This document shows, one piece after another, positions 1-8,956 of a stretch of DNA of 64,000 nt. Source of the stretch: an uncultured delta proteobacterium (GTDB lineage: Bacteria; Desulfobacterota; Binatia; Binatales; Binataceae). Under the pieces are notes generated by a model. That model saw nothing but the letters and a program-made list of their open reading frames with translations, was not told the DNA's origin and searched no databases. The position numbers were made by a program, and so were the translations under genes. The DNA is taken from assembly GCA_963794325.1 (NCBI GenBank), contig CAWCDG010000004.1, forward strand, positions 704,001 through 768,000, read 5' to 3'. The first letter of the stretch is position 1, and every line of letters starts with the position of its first letter.

Positions 1-24
1 ATTCTCTTCGCCCATCGGGTTGTT

Positions 25-52
25 ACCATATAAGATAACACTTCGCTGTCAA
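25..52 (-). promoter_or_regulatory. Putative sigma70 promoter for a minus-strand gene starting at position 15 and running off the window
   Basis: Minus strand reads TTGACA (52-47), 16-bp spacer, TATGGT (30-25), then ATG GGC GAA GAG AAT from 15. Confidence 0.35.
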
Positions 53-132
53 GAGGCAAGAGGACTATTTCTTTCATATATCTCCTTCGTTCCGGACGAT
101 CGTCGTTAAGGCGATCAAACGGCGATAAACCC

Positions 133-160
133 TTGCTTGCTTGAGCAAGTCTGGTAATAT
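133..160 (+). promoter_or_regulatory. Putative promoter/operator of the TA operon
   Basis: TTGCTT-N16-TAATAT with TGn extended -10; inverted repeat CTTGCT-TG-AGCAAG (136-149) overlaps it. Confidence 0.35.
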
Positions 161-232
161 CGTCACAGATGCGATAGACGATGCACGCGGTATTGGGAGG
201 TAATCAGCATCCACAACCGGGGGGTTGGAACC

Positions 233-829
233 GTGGAGATTGTTCGATCAGATCAGGTGACGTATGAATTTCCGGAGATGCATCCGGACGAACGGTTGCG
301 CGAACTGATCCTATACATTGCCGAGAAATGCGCCAGCGATCCTGAGTTCAGCGCGACTCTTCTCAACAAGATCCTTTTCTACGCAGATTTTCTTTCTTTC
401 GCACAGAGAGGAAAGCCTGTTACTGGGGCGGCATATCAGGCGCTCGACTACGGCCCCGCGCCTAAACGCTTAGTTCCAGTTCGCGATATGATGATCGATG
501 CTGGCGAATTAGAAATCAAAGAAATCCCGAAGTTCACCTATTCTCGTCAACAATACGTAGCACTCCGGCGCGCAGACCTCGACAGGCTGTTTCGACCGAC
601 CGACATTGCGTTAGTCGATGAAGTCATCGAGCGTCTTAAGGGAGTAAGCGCTCAGCGGATTAGTGAATTTTCACATCATCGTCTATGGAAGATCGCTAGA
701 GGCGCGGGCGGAAATTACAGAGGCCTAATACCCTATGAGGCTATGTACATATCTGATGCTCCGCCAAACGAAGCTGATACAAAGCGCGCAAAGGAACTGT
801 CTGCTAAACTCGGTTGGGCGGTTGACTGA
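233..829 (+). CDS. Panacea (DUF4065/SocA-like) domain antitoxin
   Basis: Motifs LNKILFYADF, PVTGAAYQALDYGPAP, SEFSH..W typical of Panacea/GepA proteins; lower GC than flanks. Confidence 0.8.
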   Translation: MEIVRSDQVTYEFPEMHPDERLRELILYIAEKCASDPEFSATLLNKILFYADFLSFAQRGKPVTGAAYQALDYGPAPKRLVPVRDMMIDAGELEIKEIPKFTYSRQQYVALRRADLDRLFRPTDIALVDEVIERLKGVSAQRISEFSHHRLWKIARGAGGNYRGLIPYEAMYISDAPPNEADTKRAKELSAKLGWAVD

Positions 830-834
830 GTGAA

Positions 835-1128
835 GTGCGCACACTTGAAGCAGACGACGCTTACACGGAACAGCTTTCTAAGCTTGGTAATTTACCCTTT
901 GTTGAAGAAGTCCTCAGAGGAATAACCAACGGAATAGCAAGCTGCGCTGAAGCATTCGACCTAGTTCCCGGCTACACGCAATTGAGAATTGCAAAGACCG
1001 ATGACTTTGATACGGTGGCCGGGAGTTTGCCGCCACTACGAATGTACTTTCGGATTCTAGATAACAATCGAGTTCGATTGATGTGGATCGAAAGGATTGA
1101 TGACGATCCGGGATTGCTAGACGAATGA
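835..1128 (+). CDS. Putative toxin, RelE/ParE-like fold
   Basis: 97 aa, 5 bp downstream of the antitoxin; C-terminal LRMYFRI...VRLMWI pattern resembles RelE-superfamily RNases. Confidence 0.55.
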   Translation: MRTLEADDAYTEQLSKLGNLPFVEEVLRGITNGIASCAEAFDLVPGYTQLRIAKTDDFDTVAGSLPPLRMYFRILDNNRVRLMWIERIDDDPGLLDE

Positions 1129-1190
1129 AGAAAATAGACCGTCCGCCCGCCGTTCAATCGCCTTTCGGGACTCGCCCGCGTTGTCCCCAC

Positions 1191-1223
1191 GTCAGTTATA
1201 AGTGCCCTAATTAGGACACTACC
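1191..1223. mobile_element. Stacked IS-like right ends (possible IS1595-like end followed by IS1-family terminal repeat)
   Basis: 1209-1223 AATTAGGACACTACC (rc GGTAGTGTCCTAATT) is 14/15 identical to the element end at 59013-59027; 1191-1207 rc GGGCACTTATAACTGAC resembles ggnnatTAT-type IS1595 ends; GC content rises after 1223. Confidence 0.5.
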
Positions 1224-1240
1224 GCCGGGGAGGAACTACT

Positions 1241-2404
1241 ATGCTTCGGAGCGAGAATCGGATTCTTACTACGCATGCCGGGAGCTTGCCGCGGCGGGAG
1301 AGTTTGACGGCGATGCTGGTGAAAAGCAGTCGCGGAGAGGACGTAGATCGCGCCGCGATGCTCCGCGAGATCGAGGAATCGACTCGCTACGTCGTACAGA
1401 AGCAACTCGAAGCGGGAATCGACGTCGGCAACAACGGCGAGCAATCGCGCGAGAGCTTCTTCACTTACGTGCAGCATCGAATGACCGGCTTTGGCGGACG
1501 CAGCGAGCGGCCAATCATGCGCGACCTGGTCCGCTACCCGAGCTTCCTCAAGATGATGGCGCCGTTGTTTCAGCGATCGATGGTGGATTTGCTTCACGCG
1601 CCGAAGGCGATTGGCGAGGTCCAGTACCGCGACCGGGCCGGCGTCGATCTCGAATGCGCCGATACTTTGCGCATCCTCGACGACCAGCCCGACAAGTTCG
1701 CCGAGCCGTTCATGACTGCGCCGTCGCCGGGGATAATAGCCTCGGCAATGCTCAATGAGTATTACGAGAATTACGAGAAGTATGTAATCGCAGTAGCTAA
1801 AGCATTGCATACTGAGTATGAGTACATAGTATCGAAGGGATTCGTCCTGCAGGTCGATTGTCCCGACCTGGCGATGGAGCGGCACACGTCGTACGCGGAC
1901 CGCCCGCTCACTGATTTTCTGGAGTATGTCGAACTGAATATCGCCGCGATGAATCGAGCGCTGCACGGCATCGCGCCCGATCGGGTCCGCATGCACGTAT
2001 GCTGGGGAAATTACGAGGCGCCGCACGATCTCGACGTGCCGCTCGCGCAGATTCTGCCGATCCTCTATCACGCCAACGTCGGTGCGCTGGTCCTCGAGGC
2101 GGCCAATCCCCGCCACCAGCACGAGTATCGCTGCTTCAAGGAATTCCCGCTGCCGGATCATATGAGCCTCGTCACGGGCGTCATCGATACCAAGACTAAC
2201 TACGTCGAGCATCACGAGGTCGTCGCCGATCGGCTCGAGCGCGCGGCCAATGCGATTGGCGATCCGCGCCGCGTTATGGCCGGGACGGATTGCGGCTTCG
2301 AGACTTCTGCCGGGCTGGGCGAGGTCGCCGAGGAAATAGTGTGGGCGAAGCTGCGCGCGATGCGGGCCGGCGCCGATTTGGCGTCGCACCGGCTATTTCA
2401 CTGA
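1241..2404 (+). CDS. Cobalamin-independent methionine synthase II-like (single-barrel MetE family) Zn enzyme
   Basis: TTHAGSLPR N-terminus, HVCWGN and TDCGF Zn ligands; RBS GGAGG. Confidence 0.85.
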   Translation: MLRSENRILTTHAGSLPRRESLTAMLVKSSRGEDVDRAAMLREIEESTRYVVQKQLEAGIDVGNNGEQSRESFFTYVQHRMTGFGGRSERPIMRDLVRYPSFLKMMAPLFQRSMVDLLHAPKAIGEVQYRDRAGVDLECADTLRILDDQPDKFAEPFMTAPSPGIIASAMLNEYYENYEKYVIAVAKALHTEYEYIVSKGFVLQVDCPDLAMERHTSYADRPLTDFLEYVELNIAAMNRALHGIAPDRVRMHVCWGNYEAPHDLDVPLAQILPILYHANVGALVLEAANPRHQHEYRCFKEFPLPDHMSLVTGVIDTKTNYVEHHEVVADRLERAANAIGDPRRVMAGTDCGFETSAGLGEVAEEIVWAKLRAMRAGADLASHRLFH

Positions 2405-2432
2405 CGACGATTGCCGTCAGAGCGCAGCGAAG

Positions 2433-2537
2433 AATAATCGCCTGCGCGGCGGGCGGCATCGACACCGTCGCGGGGGGTGCCCCCTGCACCCGGTGAAAAG
2501 TGAGAAGCGCGAAATGTTGAGGACAACCTTTCGCTCT
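2433..2537 (+). repeat. 105-bp repeat module A, copy 1
   Basis: Identical to 4145-4249 except one base (cccggtg/cctggtg). Confidence 0.9.
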
Positions 2538-2615
2538 AAGGGGCGGCGGCGCGACGCGGTGCGGACAGGCGTGATGTTCTGCTTTCATCCATCATGGCGC
2601 GCGCCGCACGGTTCA

Positions 2616-2838
2616 GAGACCGGAACCGGCTTCGCGTGTAACGCGAAGCTGTCCGGAGGCCAGCAGCCATGTCCTGCCGCTCGCGTTGCACACCGTAACG
2701 ATCGGAAGCGACTGAGAACCTAACCCCTAACCCCTTCCCGAGCGGGAAGGGGAACCGGATTGTTGGGGAGTAACCTTTTCGCGAGCGGGAAGGGGAACCG
2801 GAGTGTTTGGTCGCGTTGCTCGCTTTGTCAGGATGACA
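2616..2838 (+). repeat. Repeat module C interrupted by a 121-bp insert carrying two module-B palindromes
   Basis: 2616-2689 plus 2811-2838 match the reverse complement of 51173-51268; TCGCGTTGC is duplicated at 2681-2689 and 2811-2819; CCCCTTCCC-N4-GGGAAGGGG palindromes at about 2712-2759 and 2772-2802 (second degenerate). Confidence 0.8.
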
Positions 2839-2937
2839 CAGGAGGCTCGCGTCGCTCGCTCTGGTCACAAAAACTCACAGACTCACCCACGCCAAGGGCG
2901 CGACCTAACTCGCCCCAGTTAGGATGTTGCGTTGCCC

Positions 2938-4023
2938 TCAGCTATGCCACGGCTCGACGAGGATCTTTGCGTGGGTTTCGGGGGACGCGAGATCCTCGAA
3001 CGCCTTCGCTACGCCCTCGACGCCGACCTTGCCGGTGATTAGCGGGTCGGCGTTGACGCTTCCCTCCGCGAGATGGGTCAGCGTCGCCGCGAATTCATCG
3101 GGCGCGTAGCCGAGCACGAACTGGATGTTCAGCTCCTTGCTGATTCCGGTCAGCGGCTCGATCTGATCGCGCTCCATACACACTCCTACAACAACGATTC
3201 GCGCGTTGCCTGGCGCCGCCGACATGATCCCTTCGATCACGCCTGGAACGCCGACGCATTCGAAGATCACGGCGGGACGGACGGCTGGGCCCGGCATCCA
3301 CGGCGGCAGCATCGGCGCCTTCGACGGATCGCTATACACGGCCATCTCTCGCCAGCTCGCGTACGGCGACTTCTCTTTTGGATCGACGACGACGTCCGCA
3401 CCCATCTGCAGCGCCAGCTCGCGGCGACGCGGTGAAAAATCCGCCGCAACGATCGGATGCACTCCGTTGAGCTTGAGCGCGGCAATCACGGCGAGGCCGA
3501 CCGGGCCGCATCCGATCACGAGCGGCGCGTCATCCTTGCCGAGCCGCGCTTTCTGCACGGCGTGATATCCGACCGCCATCGGCTCGGTCAGCGCCGCGCG
3601 CTCGGTGGAAAGCCCGTTCGGCACTTCGAGCAACAGCATCTCGGTCAGGCGCATCAGCTCGCCGTAGCCGCCGGGATTTTCGTTGGAGTAGCCGACTGCC
3701 GAGACACCGCTGGCGCTGATGAGTACAGGCATCGCGCATACGCGGGTCCCGACCTTCAATCGCTTTTGCGTTTGCGGTCCGTAATCGACCACCTCGGCGC
3801 AGAACTCATGACCCATCACGATGTCGCGCTTGAGATCCATCGGGAACAACGCGCCGGCCTTTCGCGAGTTCTCGACCATCTTCTCCGCATGCTTGAGTGC
3901 GTGCAGATCTGACCCGCAGATTCCGCACGCGAGCGTTTTGACCAGAACCTCGCCCGCTCCAGGAGCCGGTGTGGGTATATTGTCGACGACGAGCTTTTTG
4001 TCTCGCATTATTGCTGCGCGCAT
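2938..4023 (-). CDS. Zn-binding medium-chain dehydrogenase (sorbitol/threonine DH-like)
   Basis: CGICGSDLH, GHEF, GCGPVG motifs. Confidence 0.9.
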   Translation of the reverse strand: MRAAIMRDKKLVVDNIPTPAPGAGEVLVKTLACGICGSDLHALKHAEKMVENSRKAGALFPMDLKRDIVMGHEFCAEVVDYGPQTQKRLKVGTRVCAMPVLISASGVSAVGYSNENPGGYGELMRLTEMLLLEVPNGLSTERAALTEPMAVGYHAVQKARLGKDDAPLVIGCGPVGLAVIAALKLNGVHPIVAADFSPRRRELALQMGADVVVDPKEKSPYASWREMAVYSDPSKAPMLPPWMPGPAVRPAVIFECVGVPGVIEGIMSAAPGNARIVVVGVCMERDQIEPLTGISKELNIQFVLGYAPDEFAATLTHLAEGSVNADPLITGKVGVEGVAKAFEDLASPETHAKILVEPWHS

Positions 4024-4144
4024 GATGGTTCTCCTTTTCCAGCGGATACTTTATCAGGGATGCGCGGTGGCGGGTAAAGTGCGGGGAGTGACCGAAAGGA
4101 GCGCGCGCAGCGCGCGATTTCGGAGACCGGAACCGGCGCAAAGA

Positions 4145-4249
4145 AATAATCGCCTGCGCGGCGGGCGGCATCGACACCGTCGCGGGGGGTGCCCCCTGCA
4201 CCTGGTGAAAAGTGAGAAGCGCGAAATGTTGAGGACAACCTTTCGCTCT
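4145..4249 (+). repeat. 105-bp repeat module A, copy 2
   Basis: Direct repeat of 2433-2537; preceded by the 5' end of module C (GAGACCGGAACCGGC). Confidence 0.9.
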
Positions 4250-4557
4250 CAGGGTCGGGGGGATGGCTAGCATAAAAGGTGTGATGTTCGACTTTCATCT
4301 ATGAGGGTGCGCGCGGCGCTGAAAATCGCAGGCGGATTCGGGATTCCGCTCGACGTCGACAAGAGCTTCGAGTGGCTGGTTTCGGCGCTGCTCGCCGGTC
4401 TTTCATCGGCATGCTCCGAACGATCATCGCAAGCCGCAATTACGGTCAGGATTTAACATCCGTCCGGCTAGATTCTAACCTTTCGAATTGCTACAAGCGG
4501 GCGACGTCAAAAATCCTGCGGGCATATTCCTGCAGCAACAGCCATGGGGTGGGTTTT

Positions 4558-6348
4558 GTGGCTGATGATACTTCCGCTAAGAGCCAAGCGGCGACCGACG
4601 CGAACGCTTCTGAGAAACCTCTCGATTCGAGCGGAGCGCCCAAGTCTCCGGGACGGCGGCGCTTCATCGCAGGACTCGGCGCGGCGACTGCTGCCGTCTC
4701 GACTGGAGTCCTCGCTCCGCTCGTCGCCACATCGTCGGCCAGTGCGCGCGAACCCTCGACGGAGTCTATCTTCGGCGCGGCGGCTTCCAGTACTGCGGTA
4801 CCGGCAGGTGTTAGCAACAGCAGATTGGTCCAAGCTTTCTCGATCCGGGTCGGTGAGGCGACGCAGGACGCGCTGGTTGGGCCTGCGGTTAACGTCAACA
4901 ACGGCGATACTGCGCTGTACCCCGACAAGGGCGGCACGTATACGAAGGGGCTTCCGCACGACAGCGTCGGACGGGTGAATCTGAACGCCTTCGCAACCTT
5001 TACGCATGCGTTGAACACCGGAAAGTTTTCGGATTTCGAAAAGATCATCGCAGGCGGCACGCGCACGCAAAACGGTCCACAAGGTGGCTTGGCCTTTGAC
5101 CTGGAGGCGCTCGACAATGTGCAGTTCGGCCGGCCGCAGGTGCCCGCCGCCCCTAAAACGGCCAGCGACCAGACTGCCACCGAGCTGCTCGAACATTACT
5201 GGGCTTCGCTGCTTCGTGATGTGGCCTTCACCGACTATGGTTCGAACGCGATAGCTGCCGCGGCAGCAGCGGAATTGGGATCACAACATACCTACTTTGG
5301 GCCGCGAGACGGCAGTGGCCATGTGACACCGAACTTGTTGTTCCGGGGCGCCTTCCCGGGCGAGACGCTGGGACCTTATATCTCCCAATTTTTCATCACG
5401 CCGACATTCCTGGGCGCCCAACCTATCAGCCAGCAAATGGCGACCTATCTGCCGGGTATCGACTACATGACCAGTTTCTTCGACTGGCTGACAGTGCAGA
5501 ATGGCAATGTCACCGGCCTTGTAAATCAGATCGATCCGGACCTTCGCTATCGGCGTGACGGCAGGGATCTCGCGGCGTTTACCCATCTCGACGTACTTTA
5601 CCAGGCCTACTTCACGGCGCTCCTTGTGCTCGGCACGATTGGTGCGCCGTTGAATCCCGGCAACCCTTATATCGGGTCAACGAGAGAAAATGGCTTCGGC
5701 ACGTTCGGCGGGCCGGATTTTGCGGGGACCCTCACCGAAGTGGCGGTCAAGGCTCTGAATGCGGTCTGGTACCAGAAATGGTTTGTGCATCTCCGGCCTC
5801 GGCCCGAGGCGATTGGCGGCATCGTCCAGCTGATCAAGACCGGGCACAGCAATGAAACCGACGTCACTCTGAGTAACGTGATCCTGAACTCGCAGGGTCT
5901 TGAGGCGAGTTTCAACCTGTATGGGACCTGGCTACTATCGCAAGCGTTTCCTGAGGGCTCGCCGACGCATCCAAGCTATCCGACGGGACACGGCACGGTC
6001 GCGGGCGCTTGCATGACAGTCCTGAAGTTTTTCTTCGACGGAACTTTCGTGATCCCAAGTCCGGTGATGCCCTCGAGCGACGGGCTTTCGCTGTTAGACT
6101 ACACGGGCGGGGATGAGTTGACCGTCAATGGCGAACTCAACAAGCTCGGGCACAACGTCAGTTTCGGTCACGGGATCCATGCCGGCATCCACTGGCGCAG
6201 CGACACGGATACCTCCTTGTTGCTGGGTGAGGCGGTGGCGCTCAGTTTCCTTAGAAATAAGGCGCAGACCTACAATGAGCCGTTCACCGTCAGTCTGACC
6301 AAGTTCGACGGGACGACAGCGACTATCACCAACAAGGGCCACCCGTAG
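4558..6348 (+). CDS. Tat-exported vanadium-dependent haloperoxidase family protein
   Basis: GRRRFIAGLGAATAA Tat signal; QKWFVHLRPRPE, PTHPSYPTGHG and GIHWRSD motifs; start chosen at GTG 4558 (ORF open from 4372). Confidence 0.85.
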   Translation: MADDTSAKSQAATDANASEKPLDSSGAPKSPGRRRFIAGLGAATAAVSTGVLAPLVATSSASAREPSTESIFGAAASSTAVPAGVSNSRLVQAFSIRVGEATQDALVGPAVNVNNGDTALYPDKGGTYTKGLPHDSVGRVNLNAFATFTHALNTGKFSDFEKIIAGGTRTQNGPQGGLAFDLEALDNVQFGRPQVPAAPKTASDQTATELLEHYWASLLRDVAFTDYGSNAIAAAAAAELGSQHTYFGPRDGSGHVTPNLLFRGAFPGETLGPYISQFFITPTFLGAQPISQQMATYLPGIDYMTSFFDWLTVQNGNVTGLVNQIDPDLRYRRDGRDLAAFTHLDVLYQAYFTALLVLGTIGAPLNPGNPYIGSTRENGFGTFGGPDFAGTLTEVAVKALNAVWYQKWFVHLRPRPEAIGGIVQLIKTGHSNETDVTLSNVILNSQGLEASFNLYGTWLLSQAFPEGSPTHPSYPTGHGTVAGACMTVLKFFFDGTFVIPSPVMPSSDGLSLLDYTGGDELTVNGELNKLGHNVSFGHGIHAGIHWRSDTDTSLLLGEAVALSFLRNKAQTYNEPFTVSLTKFDGTTATITNKGHP

Positions 6349-6357
6349 GAAGACAGA

Positions 6358-7629
6358 TTACTCTTGCAGCGGTTGGTGGGCAGTTTCTTTAAGACTTAGG
6401 ACGAAAATCGCAGACACTATTGCGGCTCCGATGAGTAACATCGGCGGCACCATCTCGTTGTCGGTCTTATCGATTAGATAAGTCGCGACCATTGGGGCGG
6501 TGCCTCCTAGTAGGGCCATGCATAGGTTGTGACTAAGTCCTACTCCGGTGCATCGCACGTTGGCGGGGAATGCTTCCGCTGCGGTGACTGGCGCGACGCC
6601 GTCGAAGGTTGCTATCAGCAATGCGAATCCTATCTGTCCCAGCAGCGGGACGTGGAACATCGGATGCCATAGCAGGTTGAATAGAGGCCAGGAGAAGATG
6701 ATGATCGCGCCGGCGGATAGGAGCAGCATCGGCTTGCGCCCGAATCGATCCGACAGCGCGCCAGCTATCGGCAGCATCACGACGGCAGCGGCCATACCTA
6801 TAGTGTTAATCGCGAGGGCGCGGCTTTTGGCGATACCTACAATCTCGGTCAGGTAGGTTGCCGCGTAGACGAACATCAGGTAGAAGCCAACCGACTCGAG
6901 CACCTTGAAGCCGGCGATTTGCAGGACGCGGCGCCATTGGGTTCGCAGCACCTCGCCGATAGGAGGTGGTGGCTCGTGCGCCACCTTGTCGGCGGTCTGT
7001 AGCTCGCGCCGGATGTAGTAGCCGGCGATACCTATGCTGACACCGGCCAGGAACGGAATCCGCCATCCCCATGACGCGAGCGCCTGTGGCGACATCAGTG
7101 CCGCGACGATCGCGCCGACCGCGGAACCCAGCATCACGCCCGCAAACGCGGCGGCTGCGCCGAACGCGCCGAGCAGTCCGCGGCGATTGCTCGCCGATCC
7201 CTCGACCATGAAGACGACCGAGGTGGTGTATTCGCCGCCGACCGAGAGTCCCTGGATCAAACGCAGCACGACCAGCAGAATCGGCGCCATCACGCCGATT
7301 TGCTCGTGAGTCGGGAGCAGGCCGATGAGGACGGTGGGCACCGCCATCGCGACCACCGAGATCGTAAGCGCCTGTTTCCGTCCGAGGCGATCGCCGATCT
7401 GGCCGAACATCAGCGCGCCAATCGGACGCATCAGGAAGCCCGCGGCGAAGACGCCGAAGGCGTCGATTAGCGACGTCGACTTGCTATGCGACGGGAAAAA
7501 GTTTTCGCCGATCGCGTATGCGAAGAATCCGTAAATCGAAAAGTCGTACCACTCGAGGATATTGCCGGCCATGCCCGCGATCGCCAGCCGGCGCTGCGAG
7601 GTGCCTCCCCGCTCTTCCTCCGCCACCAA
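6358..7629 (-). CDS. MFS transporter, metabolite:H+ symporter (ProP-like)
   Basis: GNILEWYDF, GDRLGRK, QGLSVGGE motifs; many hydrophobic segments. Confidence 0.9.
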   Translation of the reverse strand: MVAEEERGGTSQRRLAIAGMAGNILEWYDFSIYGFFAYAIGENFFPSHSKSTSLIDAFGVFAAGFLMRPIGALMFGQIGDRLGRKQALTISVVAMAVPTVLIGLLPTHEQIGVMAPILLVVLRLIQGLSVGGEYTTSVVFMVEGSASNRRGLLGAFGAAAAFAGVMLGSAVGAIVAALMSPQALASWGWRIPFLAGVSIGIAGYYIRRELQTADKVAHEPPPPIGEVLRTQWRRVLQIAGFKVLESVGFYLMFVYAATYLTEIVGIAKSRALAINTIGMAAAVVMLPIAGALSDRFGRKPMLLLSAGAIIIFSWPLFNLLWHPMFHVPLLGQIGFALLIATFDGVAPVTAAEAFPANVRCTGVGLSHNLCMALLGGTAPMVATYLIDKTDNEMVPPMLLIGAAIVSAIFVLSLKETAHQPLQE

Positions 7630-7673
7630 CTCTTCCCCTGCCGCTAATTTCGCTGGTTCCGTATGTTCACCTG

Positions 7674-8537
7674 CTATTCGAGTACGACTTCGTCACCGAG
7701 CGAGATTATCCCGCCGGTTGCGATGGTCGCGTAAGCGCCCAGATTCTGCGCCGCATCGCGCACGATAGTTCGCAGCACCGAGGGATCCTTCTTCACCCCC
7801 GGCTGATCGAGCGTGGGAATCACGCATCGCACGGTGGGCATCTCGACTTTGATGCGGGTCGCGCCGATTCGAAGGGTCCGTCCCGACCATTCGGCTTCGA
7901 CCAGTCCTTCGATTCCGCGCGTGGTCTCGATCAAAACGTTGGGACGGAAGCGGCGCGAGTCGAAATCGGCGGTGGGATTGCGAATGGCGAGCGCGTTCAA
8001 CGACGCGGTCGTTAGCACCTGGAATGGAAACGCGTCGAAGTAGGTGCCGAACGGCGAGGTGAATTCGAGAATCTGTCGCGGCAGCGTCGAGAGATCGGGG
8101 AGCGGCTCATTTTCGAGGCGGCCGAAGACCTCGCGCAATTCGGCCATCATGTCGGGATTGTCGGGCGCCGCGCGCTTGAGGAAGTCGCGCTCGGTCGGCG
8201 GCTGGATCGGCCAGATCGAAACGGGACGTCCCAGGAGTTCGGACAGGTGTGCGTTTGCTTCCGCGGAGTCGGAGCGGAACGTCGTCCCATTGGGCATCGT
8301 GATCTGCGCGGGCGGGACGCCGCTCGCGGACGGCTCGCTGATATAGACGGCGGTGCAATGGAGCAGTGCGGGCAGCTTGCGCGCGTTGCGAATCTCGCCG
8401 GCCTTTTCGTCGCGAATCGCCCATCCGCGATCTCCATGGATTCCGAGAGCGCCGACGTTCGCGCGCTGAAGGCGTTCGCCCGCCATCGACTTGACCGGGT
8501 AGCGCCAGATTTCCTTGATCGTGCCGATTATCTGCAT
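7674..8537 (-). CDS. MOSC domain protein
   Basis: WRYPVKSMAGE, GDRGWA, RRFRPN, RCVIP motifs. Confidence 0.9.
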   Translation of the reverse strand: MQIIGTIKEIWRYPVKSMAGERLQRANVGALGIHGDRGWAIRDEKAGEIRNARKLPALLHCTAVYISEPSASGVPPAQITMPNGTTFRSDSAEANAHLSELLGRPVSIWPIQPPTERDFLKRAAPDNPDMMAELREVFGRLENEPLPDLSTLPRQILEFTSPFGTYFDAFPFQVLTTASLNALAIRNPTADFDSRRFRPNVLIETTRGIEGLVEAEWSGRTLRIGATRIKVEMPTVRCVIPTLDQPGVKKDPSVLRTIVRDAAQNLGAYATIATGGIISLGDEVVLE

Positions 8538-8556
8538 TGAAAATCTCCCCGAGAAT

Positions 8557-8578
8557 CACAGGCTAAAGCCTGTGCCAC
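8557..8578 (-). repeat. GTRG-type REP palindrome
   Basis: Minus strand GTGG-CACAGGC-TTTA-GCCTGTG in an intergenic gap. Confidence 0.55.
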
Positions 8579-8956
8579 TTACAGACTGCGCGCCGTCAGC
8601 TCGCCCGAACAGTTCGGGCACACGTGTTTCATCTGGGCCGCGCAGTCGGGACAGAAGGTGCATTGAAATGAACAGCACTGCGCGGGAGCAGGAGGCGCCA
8701 GCGCCTTGCCGCACTTCTCGCACTTGTCTTTTACGGCGGTCATCATCTTGAGCAGCGCGGAATTCTGCTGTTCGCGCTCGGCGCCGGCGAGCAATGCCGC
8801 GCGCGCTTTCGCGTTGCGCTCGCTGGCGGCGAACGACTGGTAGATGTTGGCGCCGCCGTGCTCGAGCCGCGCGAGGATCACCATCATCTCGCGGCGCGAC
8901 TTGCCTTCGAGCAGCGATGCGATCACCCGGTCGGGAGACAGGTCATTTTCAGCCAT
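8579..8956 (-). CDS. DUF1272 Cys-rich domain fused to an N-terminal ferritin-like helix pair
   Basis: C-terminal CEKC...CSFQCTFCPDC...CPNCSGEL; N-terminal LEHGGANIY...AEREQQN. Confidence 0.7.
   Translation of the reverse strand: MAENDLSPDRVIASLLEGKSRREMMVILARLEHGGANIYQSFAASERNAKARAALLAGAEREQQNSALLKMMTAVKDKCEKCGKALAPPAPAQCCSFQCTFCPDCAAQMKHVCPNCSGELTARSL

Noticed and set aside
1241-2404. Epoxyalkane:CoM transferase
   Set aside because: Same family, but no alkene monooxygenase or CoM genes in the window; specificity cannot be assigned
2470-2537. Repeat A as a cobalamin riboswitch (GGTGCCC...TGAAAAG)
   Set aside because: Lacks the GGGAA...GGTG.AA.TCC core and B12 box; not positioned upstream of a cobalamin gene
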